From contig JAGWLG010000001.1 of the NCBI GenBank assembly GCA_028864975.1, positions 64,001-128,000 of the forward strand: DNA of 64,000 nucleotides, read 5' to 3'. The DNA comes from Thermoplasmata archaeon. GTDB lineage: Archaea; Thermoplasmatota; Thermoplasmata; Lutacidiplasmatales; UBA184. Below are positions 55,801 through 64,000 of this stretch, in pieces (within the stretch, counting starts at the first letter, position 1; each line of letters begins with the position of its first letter). Below the pieces are notes generated by a model. That model did not search any database and was not told the DNA's origin. It saw only the letters and a program-made list of their open reading frames with translations. A program made the translations under genes and the position numbers.

Positions 55801-56236
55801 TCTGCCCATCGCCGGAGTCTACTCGGCGATCTTCCTCCGGTATGCGAGGCTGGCAACCCTGGAAGCCGCTCAAGCCTTCAGCAACACCGGGGGGAGAGCG
55901 AAAGGGCTGGCTGAGAGGACCCTGCTTTGGCGGCACACCGCACGGCGCATTCAACCCACCTACGCTGAGATCTTCGGCGCAACCTTCCCGGTCCTCCTCT
56001 CGCTCCAGGTCGTGGCGGAGTGGTTCTACGACGACCAGGGCGTCGGGAGCCTCTTCGTCGTCCAGCTGCCCTGTCTCTCCTCGCTGGTGAACTGCACGCC
56101 TATCCAGGAGGCGATGACCTCGCTCACGATCGGGCGACTCGCCTTTCTGCTTCTCCTTCTCACCTTCGTCGCGAACCTCGTGGGGGATGCGGTCTCCAGG
56201 GCACTTGACCCGGTGGGGAGGGTCGCATCAAGATGA
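52838..56236 (+). CDS. Fusion protein: signal/TM - Kelch beta-propeller - 3 PKD domains - TM - DppB/OppB-type ABC permease
   Basis: About 6 repeats of R..A.AYD....VLFGG....NDTW; three GG.PPY...W.FGDG PKD units; WLARRALLLVPQLL..LPG; RAKGLAE..LWRH EAA-like loop; TTG start inferred. Confidence 0.85.
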   Translation: MRNHPLDASLPRPDGPRAPHGGNPPARRVLGRGVRELRILFPLLVFLLVLTPSLGGGAGTGQEILHRSQAVAGAISAPGSTSVTPSPPGPLLWSYSDGGSPDPIRSQAGVASFSLGSIGYVDVIGGSGPCGLYCNDDWEVNLNALAYPTWFHEPPPTNVGRKGPSLAFDPASNELVLFGGLNGTLGALNDTWTRVLLVRGWAPVAGAAPPPRWDAAFAYDPALGGVVLFGGLGPGGQPLGDTWLFRGDRWTPIVSLVSPAARSGSSLVWQGDEERMTLFGGNGSAGPLSDTWGLASGGWYPLSPTLTPSPRTLAAVGSDGAGDPVIFGGWGTPGYLNDTWILYGDNWSEPTVETVARPAAAEGAILVPDAGATPNDLLLYWGKGEGGYSIITWGLRVQNGGSPSSPPPLRVAAQASGSNGTSPFAASFEALGSGGVPPYGEVWGFGDGTPPSINPYPRHVFASPGNYLAHLLLQDTASPPATASADLAVHVHAPNGSFAVNVSATERSGPPPLTTTLFATPSGGMGPYSYRWLFGDGTPSSRAPSPTHIYNASGTFVARLFLNDSRGASANFSYTMRVVASGLAVAFTASPSQGHPPITVAFHASAQGGDPPYHYFWSFGDGNSSYGGNANATNLYGRAGTFEIRVTVLDAQGSNATASEAILVTPPPPFVPPPPTLLEKVARLLAPVVRGLSNPWVLGSLVLVIGGTVTLRWGLPTVRLRSSVRRGKSSLNHEATWGVAEVEVVVHGFRHGAQLSDLLGRLRPLVERDARRLASHLTWHPGSAATWLARRALLLVPQLLIAATVLFIGLRALPGLVVGPPTFPGIPFGPLGFLQAWWSYVSELLGGGLSDPYLAANLPYTLQFMGVIVLLSAIISYPLGVLAGWKQGGVVDQSTRFAGVLANSFQIFVVALLTLVGAWLWYYQTTNGDFLVSSLPSILWDDQNMGGIPPWVSVLQATSPTGFPLVDAPLHGAWAFEQVMLLKILVQALPIAGVYSAIFLRYARLATLEAAQAFSNTGGRAKGLAERTLLWRHTARRIQPTYAEIFGATFPVLLSLQVVAEWFYDDQGVGSLFVVQLPCLSSLVNCTPIQEAMTSLTIGRLAFLLLLLTFVANLVGDAVSRALDPVGRVASR

Positions 56237-57549
56237 CCAGGGCGAGCGAGCGTCAAACACGAAGCGAAGGTGAGGTGAAGGAACACGTAGCCGCCCCAGA
56301 CCAGCGTCCTGGGAGCGAGACGCCCCATGGGCAGAGCGTGACCTCTCCTCCGGCCAGGAGGGCGGAGAGGCACGAGACGGCTCCCACCGGTGGTGACCCC
56401 CATCCGGCCTCCCCACGGTCCCTGAGACCTCCTTCGAGTACCGTTGGAGGCGCGTCCGAGACGCACCGTAGGTCGCGCCGCAGCTCCCGAAAGGCCCGCG
56501 GGTTGCGCGCCCGGTGGCGAAGATTCCGTCGGGGGGTCTTGCGGCCTAGGGCCCGCGCCTGGGCCAGGTTGTGGGGCAACCTGCCTTTGGTGACAGGACT
56601 GCTGCTACTCGCGTTCTTTGTCGCCGCGGGACTGGTGGCCCCCCTCCTCTACCCGGGCAGCGGAGGTTCGCTCGCCGTGGACCACGGGGTCTTCGACAAC
56701 TGTTCAGCTCCTTCCCCACCGACCGCTCAGCTCGCACCCTTCGGGGGGGGCCCACATCCTCTGGGGCAGACCGCCCATCTCGGGCTCGACGTGGCCCAAG
56801 GGCTGTTGCTGGGAACCCGGTGGGACCTTCTCTTGATCGCCTTCCTCGTCGGAGCCTCGGCGCTGGTGGGAGCCCTCCTAGGGGCTATCGCCGGGGCGAT
56901 GGGGGGACGGGTCGAGAGCATCCTTTCACCGATCCTGGATGGCACCCTGGCCTTTCCTCCCTTGATGGTCATGGTCACGGTCCTTGCGGTGACCTACTCG
57001 GGCCCCCTCGAGGGATCCCGAATGGTTGTGTTCCTCTTCGGCATGCTCGCCGTGCTCTGGGCCCCCTTCGCCCAAGGGGTTAGGGCTCAGGCGCGTTCCA
57101 CCGCACACCAAGCGTTCGTGGAGGCGGCCAAGGCCTCTGGGGCGAGATGGCCGAGGATCCTCCTCCGCCACATTCTGCCCAACTGCTCTGCGCCGGTCCT
57201 GGCCCAGGTTCCAAGCTCGGTCTTCAGCGTCTTCTTCGTCCTGGGATTCTTCCAGTACTTGGGTCTCGTTGCCGAGAGCAGCGTGGTTCCGAACTGTGGT
57301 ACGGTTAGGGTCGGGCTTGGGGTGGTACACAGCATTCCCTCGGGCCTGTTCCTGATCGTCCCTTCGGTACGGTTTCCCGAGTGGACCTGGACGTTGGCGA
57401 ACGGGCTCTCTGGGTTCACCGTCGGATCGATCCTACCGGAGTGGTGGGGCTACCTACTGCCAACTGCCTGGATTGCGCTCTTCCTTCTGGCCGTCACCCT
57501 CTTCTGCGACGGGCTCGCCGCGCACCTCTCGCCGTTCCGTGGCCGATAG
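56233..57549 (+). CDS. DppC/OppC-type ABC permease with long basic N-terminal extension
   Basis: HPLGQT..GLDV..G.RWDL, FVEAAKASGA..ILLRHILPN; ATGA overlap with the fusion gene. Confidence 0.9.
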   Translation: MTRASERQTRSEGEVKEHVAAPDQRPGSETPHGQSVTSPPARRAERHETAPTGGDPHPASPRSLRPPSSTVGGASETHRRSRRSSRKARGLRARWRRFRRGVLRPRARAWARLWGNLPLVTGLLLLAFFVAAGLVAPLLYPGSGGSLAVDHGVFDNCSAPSPPTAQLAPFGGGPHPLGQTAHLGLDVAQGLLLGTRWDLLLIAFLVGASALVGALLGAIAGAMGGRVESILSPILDGTLAFPPLMVMVTVLAVTYSGPLEGSRMVVFLFGMLAVLWAPFAQGVRAQARSTAHQAFVEAAKASGARWPRILLRHILPNCSAPVLAQVPSSVFSVFFVLGFFQYLGLVAESSVVPNCGTVRVGLGVVHSIPSGLFLIVPSVRFPEWTWTLANGLSGFTVGSILPEWWGYLLPTAWIALFLLAVTLFCDGLAAHLSPFRGR

Positions 57550-57665
57550 GCGATCCCCGCGAGCGACCCCAACTGTCGCAAGGTCGAGCTCGCGGTTGCG
57601 CATCATGCCCACCCGTTCGACGGGCCGTTGTCGGACCTTAAGCCCGGCACGCGCTCGGGTCCCGT

Positions 57666-58193
57666 ATGGCGAGCGCCTCCGAGCTCACGTTCCGAGTGGC
57701 CACCGAGGCGGACCTGGCCGTGGTCCTCGGGCTCTTGACGGAGGCGGCCGAGTGGGCCCACGAGCGCGGGATCGAACGGTGGTGGCCCGCGCCGTTCCCG
57801 GAATCCTGGGTCCTGCCCTCCATCGAACGGCGCGAGGTGGTCGTCGCCTCGTGGCGGGGAGAGGTCGTTGGCAGGCTCACCCTGACGAGAGAGGACCCCC
57901 GGATGTGGGGGGAGCGACCTCCCGAGGCAGGCTATGTCCATCGCCTGGCGGTCCGACGGGAGCTCGCGCATCGTGAGCTGGGAGGCGCGCTCCTCTCCTA
58001 CGCCGAGAACGAGGTGCGCCGATGGGGTCGGTCGAAGCTCCGTCTGGACGTCAGTGCCACGAACCTCGACCTGATCCGGTACTACTTACGGAAGGGTTTT
58101 CACGAAGTGGGTCGGGTGACCGGGGGTGCCCCGGCGGGTATCTTCGCCTCCTTGCTGATGGAGAAGGAGATCGAGGGCACGTCCCGGCGCTAA
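57666..58193 (+). CDS. GNAT family N-acetyltransferase
   Basis: YVHRLAVRR..HRELGGALL, LRLDV..N..LIRYYLRKGF. Confidence 0.88.
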   Translation: MASASELTFRVATEADLAVVLGLLTEAAEWAHERGIERWWPAPFPESWVLPSIERREVVVASWRGEVVGRLTLTREDPRMWGERPPEAGYVHRLAVRRELAHRELGGALLSYAENEVRRWGRSKLRLDVSATNLDLIRYYLRKGFHEVGRVTGGAPAGIFASLLMEKEIEGTSRR

Positions 58194-58990
58194 CGGTAGC
58201 GCCGTCCGTAGAGAAGGACGTCCTCGATCGCGTCCTGGACCGAGGTCCGGATCCCTTGGGAGAGCCCGAACCCGAGGGAAGCGACCGGTCCCCCGGCGAG
58301 CCGCTCGAAGAACGGCTTGGGAGGGGAGAGCTCGACCGTCCGTTTCGCCGGGACGCCGGCCGAGTGCGCGAGGTCCTCGAGGGCCTTCTCCCGGTCGCCG
58401 AGGGCGTCGATGAGCCCCATCGCGAGCGCCTGCTTGCCGCTCCAGAACTCTCCGGTGGCGAGCTTCAGGATCTCCTCCCGGGGTCGCCGCCGCTCTCTCG
58501 CGACCACGTCCACGAAGGAGTTGTAGCTCACTTCCCCGACCTTGAGGAGCTTCTCCCGCTCCTCCGGGGTCAGAGAGCGCAGGCCCTGGTAGGCGTCCTT
58601 GTGACGCCCATGGTGGAGGAGCTCCACCTCGACCCCGATCTTCTCGAGCAGCCGTTGCGCGGCAAAGTGCGGCATGATGACCCCGATGGAACCGACCTCC
58701 GACTCCTCGTAGGCGTAGATCCGGTGAGCTCCTAGGGCCGCCATGTACGCGCCCGAGGCGGCGATGGCCCCGACGGCGGCGACCACCGGCTTCACCTTCG
58801 AGACCCGCTTGACCGCCAGGTAGAGGTCCGTCGAGGCGATGTCCTCACCTCCGCCGCTGCTGATGTCCAGGAGGAGCCCGCGGAACTTGGACTTCTCGCG
58901 CACGAAACGCAGGATTCTGAGGTAGGGCTCGACCGATCGCTCCCGGATCGTGCCCCGGAACTTCACCTTGGCGAGGATCGGTCCTACCAT
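58190..58990 (-). CDS. sppA: Signal peptide peptidase SppA (S49)
   Basis: ISSGGG, AASGAY (catalytic Ser), VGSIGV, GRHKDA, GLID.LG. Confidence 0.92.
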   Translation of the reverse strand: MVGPILAKVKFRGTIRERSVEPYLRILRFVREKSKFRGLLLDISSGGGEDIASTDLYLAVKRVSKVKPVVAAVGAIAASGAYMAALGAHRIYAYEESEVGSIGVIMPHFAAQRLLEKIGVEVELLHHGRHKDAYQGLRSLTPEEREKLLKVGEVSYNSFVDVVARERRRPREEILKLATGEFWSGKQALAMGLIDALGDREKALEDLAHSAGVPAKRTVELSPPKPFFERLAGGPVASLGFGLSQGIRTSVQDAIEDVLLYGRRYR

Positions 58991-59107
58991 ACCACCGGGA
59001 ACTCCACCGGCCGGTATATGATGACGCGGTGGAGCGCTGGCGGCTCGCGCCCGGCGCGGCCGATGGACGGACCCGTCCGGGTGGAGCCGCGCGAGCGAAA
59101 CGGCTCC

Positions 59108-59785
59108 TCAGGTCACGGTGATCGTCCCGGACATGAACCCTGGCTGCCCCATCGACCAGCCGTCGCAGGGGGCCTGGCATTCCCAAAGGACCGGGCCGGT
59201 CGTGTTGAAGTAAAGGGCGAAGGTGGTCGACCAGCCGCTCGGCCCATCGGACTCGTGGAGCGGTACGTTCCAACCCGAAGTCGTGCTCTGCGGCAGCGCG
59301 CTGAACGTATGGGAGACATCCCCCAAGGGGATCTCGCTCGCCGCGGTGCCCCAGCTGGAGGGGAGGCTTGCCCCCACGTGCTCCACTCCCCCCACGACCC
59401 CCGAAACCTGGGCGACGGGGGTGGCGACCGGGTTCTGGCCGTTGTCGAAGTTCGTGATGGTGAAGATGATCTCCGTGTGATCAGGGACGGTGAAATTCGC
59501 GGGGGTGAACTGGTCGCTCCCGTTGAACGGGGAGGCACACCACGCGCATCCTCCTTTGATCGCCAGGTACACGTAATCGGGCGCCGGGGGCGGCGGAGGG
59601 GTCGGCTTGGGGGTGGGCGCGGCCTCGGCGGCATGGGGCCCCAGGCCCCAGACGACCCAGGAGAGGGAGATCACCAGGGCAACGACGAAGATCTCCGCGA
59701 AGAGGCGGTTCCACGACGAGGACCCGAAACCGAGGGAGCTGGGCTTTCCACGGGGCTTCGCGACGAGGCTCGAGGTCGACTTCAT
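59108..59785 (-). CDS. Membrane-anchored cupredoxin-fold protein with atypical metal site
   Basis: N-terminal TM, Pro linker, FTPANFTVP..IIFTITNFD, SHTF, WECQAPCDGWSMGQPGFMSGTITV; ATG 59785. Confidence 0.75.
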   Translation of the reverse strand: MKSTSSLVAKPRGKPSSLGFGSSSWNRLFAEIFVVALVISLSWVVWGLGPHAAEAAPTPKPTPPPPPAPDYVYLAIKGGCAWCASPFNGSDQFTPANFTVPDHTEIIFTITNFDNGQNPVATPVAQVSGVVGGVEHVGASLPSSWGTAASEIPLGDVSHTFSALPQSTTSGWNVPLHESDGPSGWSTTFALYFNTTGPVLWECQAPCDGWSMGQPGFMSGTITVT

Positions 59786-59935
59786 GCGCAGTGGGTCCCG
59801 GGGCGGGTAGTAAAGGAGGAAGTGCAGTCGGATTGAGCAACCCGAGGCCGTTCGACCGCGAGCTCCGGTGTCGGCCACCGCCCGCGTCAAGACACTTATA
59901 CGCGGGTGACCCGAGGCCCCCCACGGAGGGCGAGC

Positions 59936-60946
59936 GTGGCGGAACCGAGGCAGGGAGAGATCTGGATCGAGAAGTATCGACCCCGATCGCTCTCGGAGAT
60001 GGTGGGCCAGACGAAGATCGTCCCGCTCCTCCAAGCCTACGTGAAGAAACGGACCCTGCCCCATCTGCTCTTCGCGGGCCCTCCTGGGACCGGGAAGACC
60101 ACGGCCGCGCTCTGCCTCGCGAGGGACCTCTACGGCGAGGATTGGCGAAGCTCGTTCCTCGAGCTCAACGCGTCCGACGAGCGCGGGATCGATACCGTGC
60201 GCGGGACGATCAAGAACTACGCGCGGAGCGCCCCCTTGGGTGAGGTCAACTTCAAGATTCTGTTCCTGGATGAGGGGGACAATTTGACTTCTGAGGCCCA
60301 GGCAAGTCTCCGGCGCACGATGGAGCGGTACTCCTCGATCTGCCGGTTCATCTTGTCCTGCAACTACTCCTCACGGGTCATCGAACCGATCCAGTCCCGC
60401 TGCGGGGTCTTCCGCTTCAAGGTGCTCCAGCCTGAGGAGATCCGCGCTTACCTGGAACGGATCGCGAAAGCGGAGGGCAAGACCGTCGTGCCCGAAGCGT
60501 ACGATGCGATCCTGAAGCTCTCGGAGGGCGACATGCGAAGGGCGGTCAATCTCCTGCAGCTCTCGGCGACGTTCTCGGACAAGGTGGACCCGGACACGGT
60601 CTACGAGAGCGCGGCCACGCCCCTCCCCCGCGAGGTCGAGGGGATGGTCAATGCCGCCATCGGCGGCGACTTCCAGGGGGCCCGCGACAAGCTCTTCACG
60701 CTCTTCACCGAGCGCGGGGCGAGCGGAGAGGACGTGGTGAAGGCGATTCACAGCTACCTCGCGACGCTTCCCATCCCCGATATCGAAAGGGTGAGGATGG
60801 TCGACGCGCTCGCCGAGGTCGAGTATCGGATCGTCGAGGGGGCCTCCGAGCGGATCCAGCTCGAGGCGTTCCTGACCCGGCTCATCTTGCTACGTTCCGC
60901 CGTGACCACGGGCGCCGGGACCAAGAGCGCCGCTCCCGGGCGATGA
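59936..60946 (+). CDS. rfcS: Replication factor C small subunit
   Basis: WIEKYRP, GPPGTGKT, LELNASDERG, LDEGD, LRRTME, IQSRC; no intein. Confidence 0.97.
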   Translation: MAEPRQGEIWIEKYRPRSLSEMVGQTKIVPLLQAYVKKRTLPHLLFAGPPGTGKTTAALCLARDLYGEDWRSSFLELNASDERGIDTVRGTIKNYARSAPLGEVNFKILFLDEGDNLTSEAQASLRRTMERYSSICRFILSCNYSSRVIEPIQSRCGVFRFKVLQPEEIRAYLERIAKAEGKTVVPEAYDAILKLSEGDMRRAVNLLQLSATFSDKVDPDTVYESAATPLPREVEGMVNAAIGGDFQGARDKLFTLFTERGASGEDVVKAIHSYLATLPIPDIERVRMVDALAEVEYRIVEGASERIQLEAFLTRLILLRSAVTTGAGTKSAAPGR

Positions 60947-61446
60947 AGCGAACGTATTCCCGGCACCAGGGGGCCCGCCGCCCTGGTGGGGGCTCGACCG
61001 GCCAGCGCAGCATCACCGCGAAGCCCCTAGTCTACCGCAGGGCCGTCGTGGAGGGCGAGATCGCCCTCTCGGGCCGAGCGCGGGTGGCGATGGCCGAGGG
61101 GACCGTGGAGAAGGGCGACCCCCGTGCCGCCGCCGCCTTGGCTGGTATGTCCGCGATGAAGCGGACCGCAGAGCTGATCCCTCACTGCCACATCGTCCCG
61201 CTCACGTGGAGCCGGGTCGATCTGGAGCTGACGGAGCGGGGCGTTCGGGTCCGCGCGGAGGCCGAGGCACGGTGGTCCACGGGTGTGGAGATGGAGGCGC
61301 TCGTCGGGGCGACGGTCGCCCTGCTCACCGTGTGGGACATGGTGAAATACCTCGAGAAGGATTCTCGCGGACAGTACCCCGAGACGGTCCTGGGTCCGGT
61401 CCGTGTGACGGAGAAGGTCAAGGGCCGTTCGGGGGGACCGAGGTAG
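60943..61446 (+). CDS. moaC: Cyclic pyranopterin monophosphate synthase
   Basis: KRTAELIPHCH, TGVEMEAL, WDMVKYLEKD. Confidence 0.93.
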   Translation: MKRTYSRHQGARRPGGGSTGQRSITAKPLVYRRAVVEGEIALSGRARVAMAEGTVEKGDPRAAAALAGMSAMKRTAELIPHCHIVPLTWSRVDLELTERGVRVRAEAEARWSTGVEMEALVGATVALLTVWDMVKYLEKDSRGQYPETVLGPVRVTEKVKGRSGGPR

Positions 61447-61447
61447 C

Positions 61448-62050
61448 ATGACGTCCCCTGGCTCGAACTACGCGCCGACCTCGCACGCGGGAGCCGTGTC
61501 GGCTCCCCGAGCGGCCACGCCACCATCGCCGTCCCACGGCGGCGCCGAAGCCGCCTCTCGCCACCATCTGGGCGCGACGCGCGCCCTGGTCTTCGGCGTC
61601 CTCACCACGTCGGACACGCACACCGAGGACGACGACGAGTCCGGGAGCGCCGTGAAGCAGATCCTCACGGAGGCCGGGCACAAGGTCGGCCACTACGGCC
61701 TGGTCGCCAACTCGGTCGCGGACATCCGCGAGGCCGTCGGCAAGTGGCTGGACGACCCGAACCTCGAAGCGGTCGTCACGATCGGCGGGACCGGGGTGAG
61801 CTCACGCGATGTGACCGTCGAAGCGCTCGCCGGGATGGGGGGGAAGCCGCTCGAAGGGTTCGGCGACCTCTACCGCATGCTGAGCTACCAGGAGGTAGGC
61901 CCGCTCGCCGTGCTTTCGCGGGCGAGCCTGTTCGCGATCCAGAACCGACCGGTCTTCGCGATCCCCGGCTCCGAGAGGGCCTGTCGCCTCGCTCTGAGCA
62001 AGCTGGTCGTCCCGACCGCCGAGCACTTGGTCGACGAGCTCGCGCGTTGA
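61448..62050 (+). CDS. moaB: Molybdopterin adenylyltransferase MoaB/Mog family
   Basis: TTSDT, DESG, TIGGTGVSSRDVT, GFGDLYR, LSRA, AIPGS. Confidence 0.92.
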   Translation: MTSPGSNYAPTSHAGAVSAPRAATPPSPSHGGAEAASRHHLGATRALVFGVLTTSDTHTEDDDESGSAVKQILTEAGHKVGHYGLVANSVADIREAVGKWLDDPNLEAVVTIGGTGVSSRDVTVEALAGMGGKPLEGFGDLYRMLSYQEVGPLAVLSRASLFAIQNRPVFAIPGSERACRLALSKLVVPTAEHLVDELAR

Positions 62051-62131
62051 GCGTGTCGCTCCTCGAGCGAGGAGCGGTCGACCATGGGCGACGCAAAGGG
62101 GTTTATCTCGAAACACGTTGGGGACGGGTAG

Positions 62132-62458
62132 GTGAACGTCATGGGTGTCAAGGACCTCGATGCTGCGAGCTTTACGAAGTTCCCTCAGGAGAACTCGGTC
62201 GCTCTCGTCGATGTGTGGGCTCCGTGGTGCGGGCCCTGTCGCATGGTCTCTCCCATCGTCGAGCGGCTGTCGAAGCGATACGAGGGGAAGGTCGGGTTCG
62301 GCAAGCTCAACTCGGACGACAACTCCGAGACGGCGCAGCAGCTGGGCGTGATGAGCATCCCCACGCTCCTGTTCTACAAGAGCGGAAAGCTCGTCGATCG
62401 CATCGTCGGGGCGTACCCCGAGGATGTCATCGAGGAGCATCTCAAGAAGCTCCTCTGA
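62132..62458 (+). CDS. trxA: Thioredoxin (start GTG 62132 or ATG 62141)
   Basis: WAPWCGPC, VMSIPTL. Confidence 0.96.
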   Translation: MNVMGVKDLDAASFTKFPQENSVALVDVWAPWCGPCRMVSPIVERLSKRYEGKVGFGKLNSDDNSETAQQLGVMSIPTLLFYKSGKLVDRIVGAYPEDVIEEHLKKLL

Positions 62459-62507
62459 TCGGAGGGCCGTGTCGAGCCCCCCGTGAGGTGGGGGCGAACG
62501 GGTCAGG

Positions 62508-63467
62508 TCAGCTCGTGGAGGCCAGGTCGCGGGTCCACGTCTCGGTTCTCGCGATCATGCTCAACGAGAGCTCTGCCTGAAGGCCAGGCGAGAGGGCTTG
62601 CCCTTCCTCCGTGATGAGGAACGTGCGGGACGCTCCATGGTCCCTTGAGCGCTCCAGGGCCCCTCGGACGAGAGTTGCTAACGTGGCCTCCGGTGCGGTG
62701 GAGCTCGAGCCCTCCGCCATCGGGACAACCAGCACGTAGGCGTTGGGGCTGTCCGGACGTGTCCAGATCCGTGCCAGGAGCCCTCTCGGGCCCTGGCCCG
62801 CGACTAGCTCATCCCTCGACCAACCTTGCGCAGAGAGGGCGAGCTCGACCGGCAACATCCAGCGGCCCCGGAGCGGGAGCGTGGTCGCGCGCGCCTGGAC
62901 GGACCGGGCGGTGGCGACCTCTTCCTTCGTCGCTTCTCGGAGCTCGGAGGACCTCTCGAGCTTCGTCGCCCCACGAGGTGGCCCAGAAGCTTCCCCCTTC
63001 GACCATACCCACCTCTTCCGGAAGACCCAGCCATGCCGTCGGTAGAGGGCGATGGCGGTGGCGTTCGTCGAATCGACATCGAGCGCCATCCTCCGCCTTC
63101 CTCGCTCGAGGCTCCAGCGCTGCGCGGTCCGCACCAGCTCGGCGCCCACCCCCTTCCCGCGCTCCGAAGGCAGGACCCCGACGGCCGCGACGTAGCTCCA
63201 TCCGTGCTGGAAGAGGAGGAGCGTCGTTCCGATGAGCTTCCCATCCCGCTCGGCGGCGAGGAACCGAACGGGGGTCCTGTGGAGGACCCGTAGCAGGGCC
63301 AGGAGCGACCAGGTCGGCCCCTGGAGGACCGGGCGGAAGTCCCGTTCGGTGAGGTCGAGCAGTCCTGAGCGGCGGTCGAACTCTCCAGCTTCGCTCACGA
63401 CGATCTGTTGGTAGATGCGCCGCTCCCCCTTCCGAAGGTCGCGCACGAAGCAGGGGGGGTTGGTCAC
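62508..63467 (-). CDS. GNAT family N-acetyltransferase with C-terminal extension
   Basis: VAAVGVLPSERGKGVGAEL, LDVDSTNATAIALYRRHGW. Confidence 0.85.
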   Translation of the reverse strand: MTNPPCFVRDLRKGERRIYQQIVVSEAGEFDRRSGLLDLTERDFRPVLQGPTWSLLALLRVLHRTPVRFLAAERDGKLIGTTLLLFQHGWSYVAAVGVLPSERGKGVGAELVRTAQRWSLERGRRRMALDVDSTNATAIALYRRHGWVFRKRWVWSKGEASGPPRGATKLERSSELREATKEEVATARSVQARATTLPLRGRWMLPVELALSAQGWSRDELVAGQGPRGLLARIWTRPDSPNAYVLVVPMAEGSSSTAPEATLATLVRGALERSRDHGASRTFLITEEGQALSPGLQAELSLSMIARTETWTRDLASTS

Positions 63468-63588
63468 AGGGTTCCTCAGCGGACCCGTAGCGGCGACGGG
63501 CTTGAACTCTCGGAGGCAGAGCGCACGCCCCCGTGGGGCTTTATCACAGGATCTGGTGGTGAGGGTTCGCCACCCCTGGGATGCCGGT

Positions 63589-63663
63589 GCGCCGGTGGCT
63601 CAGCCTGGATAGAGCGTTCGGTTCCTAACCGAAACGTCGTGGGTCCGAATCCCACCCGGCGCG
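63589..63663 (+). tRNA. tRNA-Arg (CCT)
   Basis: Acceptor stem GCGCCGG/CCGGCGC+G, anticodon arm TTCGG-TTCCTAA-CCGAA, T-arm GTGGG-TCCGAAT-CCCAC. Confidence 0.96.
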
Positions 63664-64000
63664 TAGGCTCCTCTGAGAGGGGGCCGGGAGGGCCCTGGGC
63701 ATGCCGAGAGGTCGAGAGCGGAAGAACGGGCGACAGGGAGAGGGCGACCGCGCTTCCTATCGGGGTCCCCGACGCTTCCTCTCCGCCGGTCGATACGAGG
63801 TGGAGCGCGAATGGCGCCGTCTCGAAGGGACCCCCCAACGCGACCTGCTGAGGACCCTTCGAGAGCGGTTCCTGCGTCGGAGCTTCCCGACCCCGCTTCC
63901 CGAGGGTCGATGGGCGGTCGAGGTCGGACCGGGCCCCGGGCGGTTCACCCCGGTGCTAGCGGAGACCTCCGCGCAGCTGCTCTTGGTGGACCTCTCGCGC

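Noticed and set aside
63900-64000. Possible gene end or start at the right edge
   Set aside because: Too little sequence to assign strand or product
1-64000. CRISPR arrays, IS transposases, integrases, rRNA genes, inteins in RFC
   Set aside because: No regularly spaced repeats or recognisable motifs seen by eye; RFC is of normal length

Overview
High-GC (roughly two-thirds by eye) archaeal chromosomal segment. The archaeal markers are Rpp21, RFC small subunit, Sec61beta, Tsr3, archaeal-type GluRS and MoaC. Gene content and abundant PKD/Kelch surface proteins suggest Thermoplasmatota, possibly a Lutacidiplasmatales-like soil lineage (inference). Core genes: fba, gltX, rnp4, pyrBI, deoxyhypusine synthase-like, argCJBGH, rfcS, moaC/moaB, thioredoxin, sppA, tRNA-Leu(CAA) and tRNA-Arg(CCT). 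Accessory parts: (i) an island after tRNA-Leu with a coupled wHTH + NDT/TIR-like gene pair and a complete group II intron (14038-16099; RT ORF, D5, D6 branch A, EBS1/IBS1 and EBS2/IBS2 all readable) whose splicing restores a third ORF; (ii) a degenerate vapBC pair and an AT-rich non-coding island; (iii) a surface-glycan cluster (5 glycosyltransferases, epimerase, AlkP-superfamily enzyme coupled to APS kinase). The strongest candidate for an undescribed system is a 1132-aa Kelch-propeller/3xPKD/DppB-type permease fusion coupled to a DppC-type permease with no binding protein or ATPase nearby. Also notable: membrane proteins with Pro/Tyr-rich (PPxY) tails and a shared C-terminal Zn-ribbon, a cupredoxin with an atypical CxxxC-M-M site, a stand-alone RnfD-like protein and a long bactofilin-like protein. 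All family assignments come from motif recognition by eye; no database searches were run.
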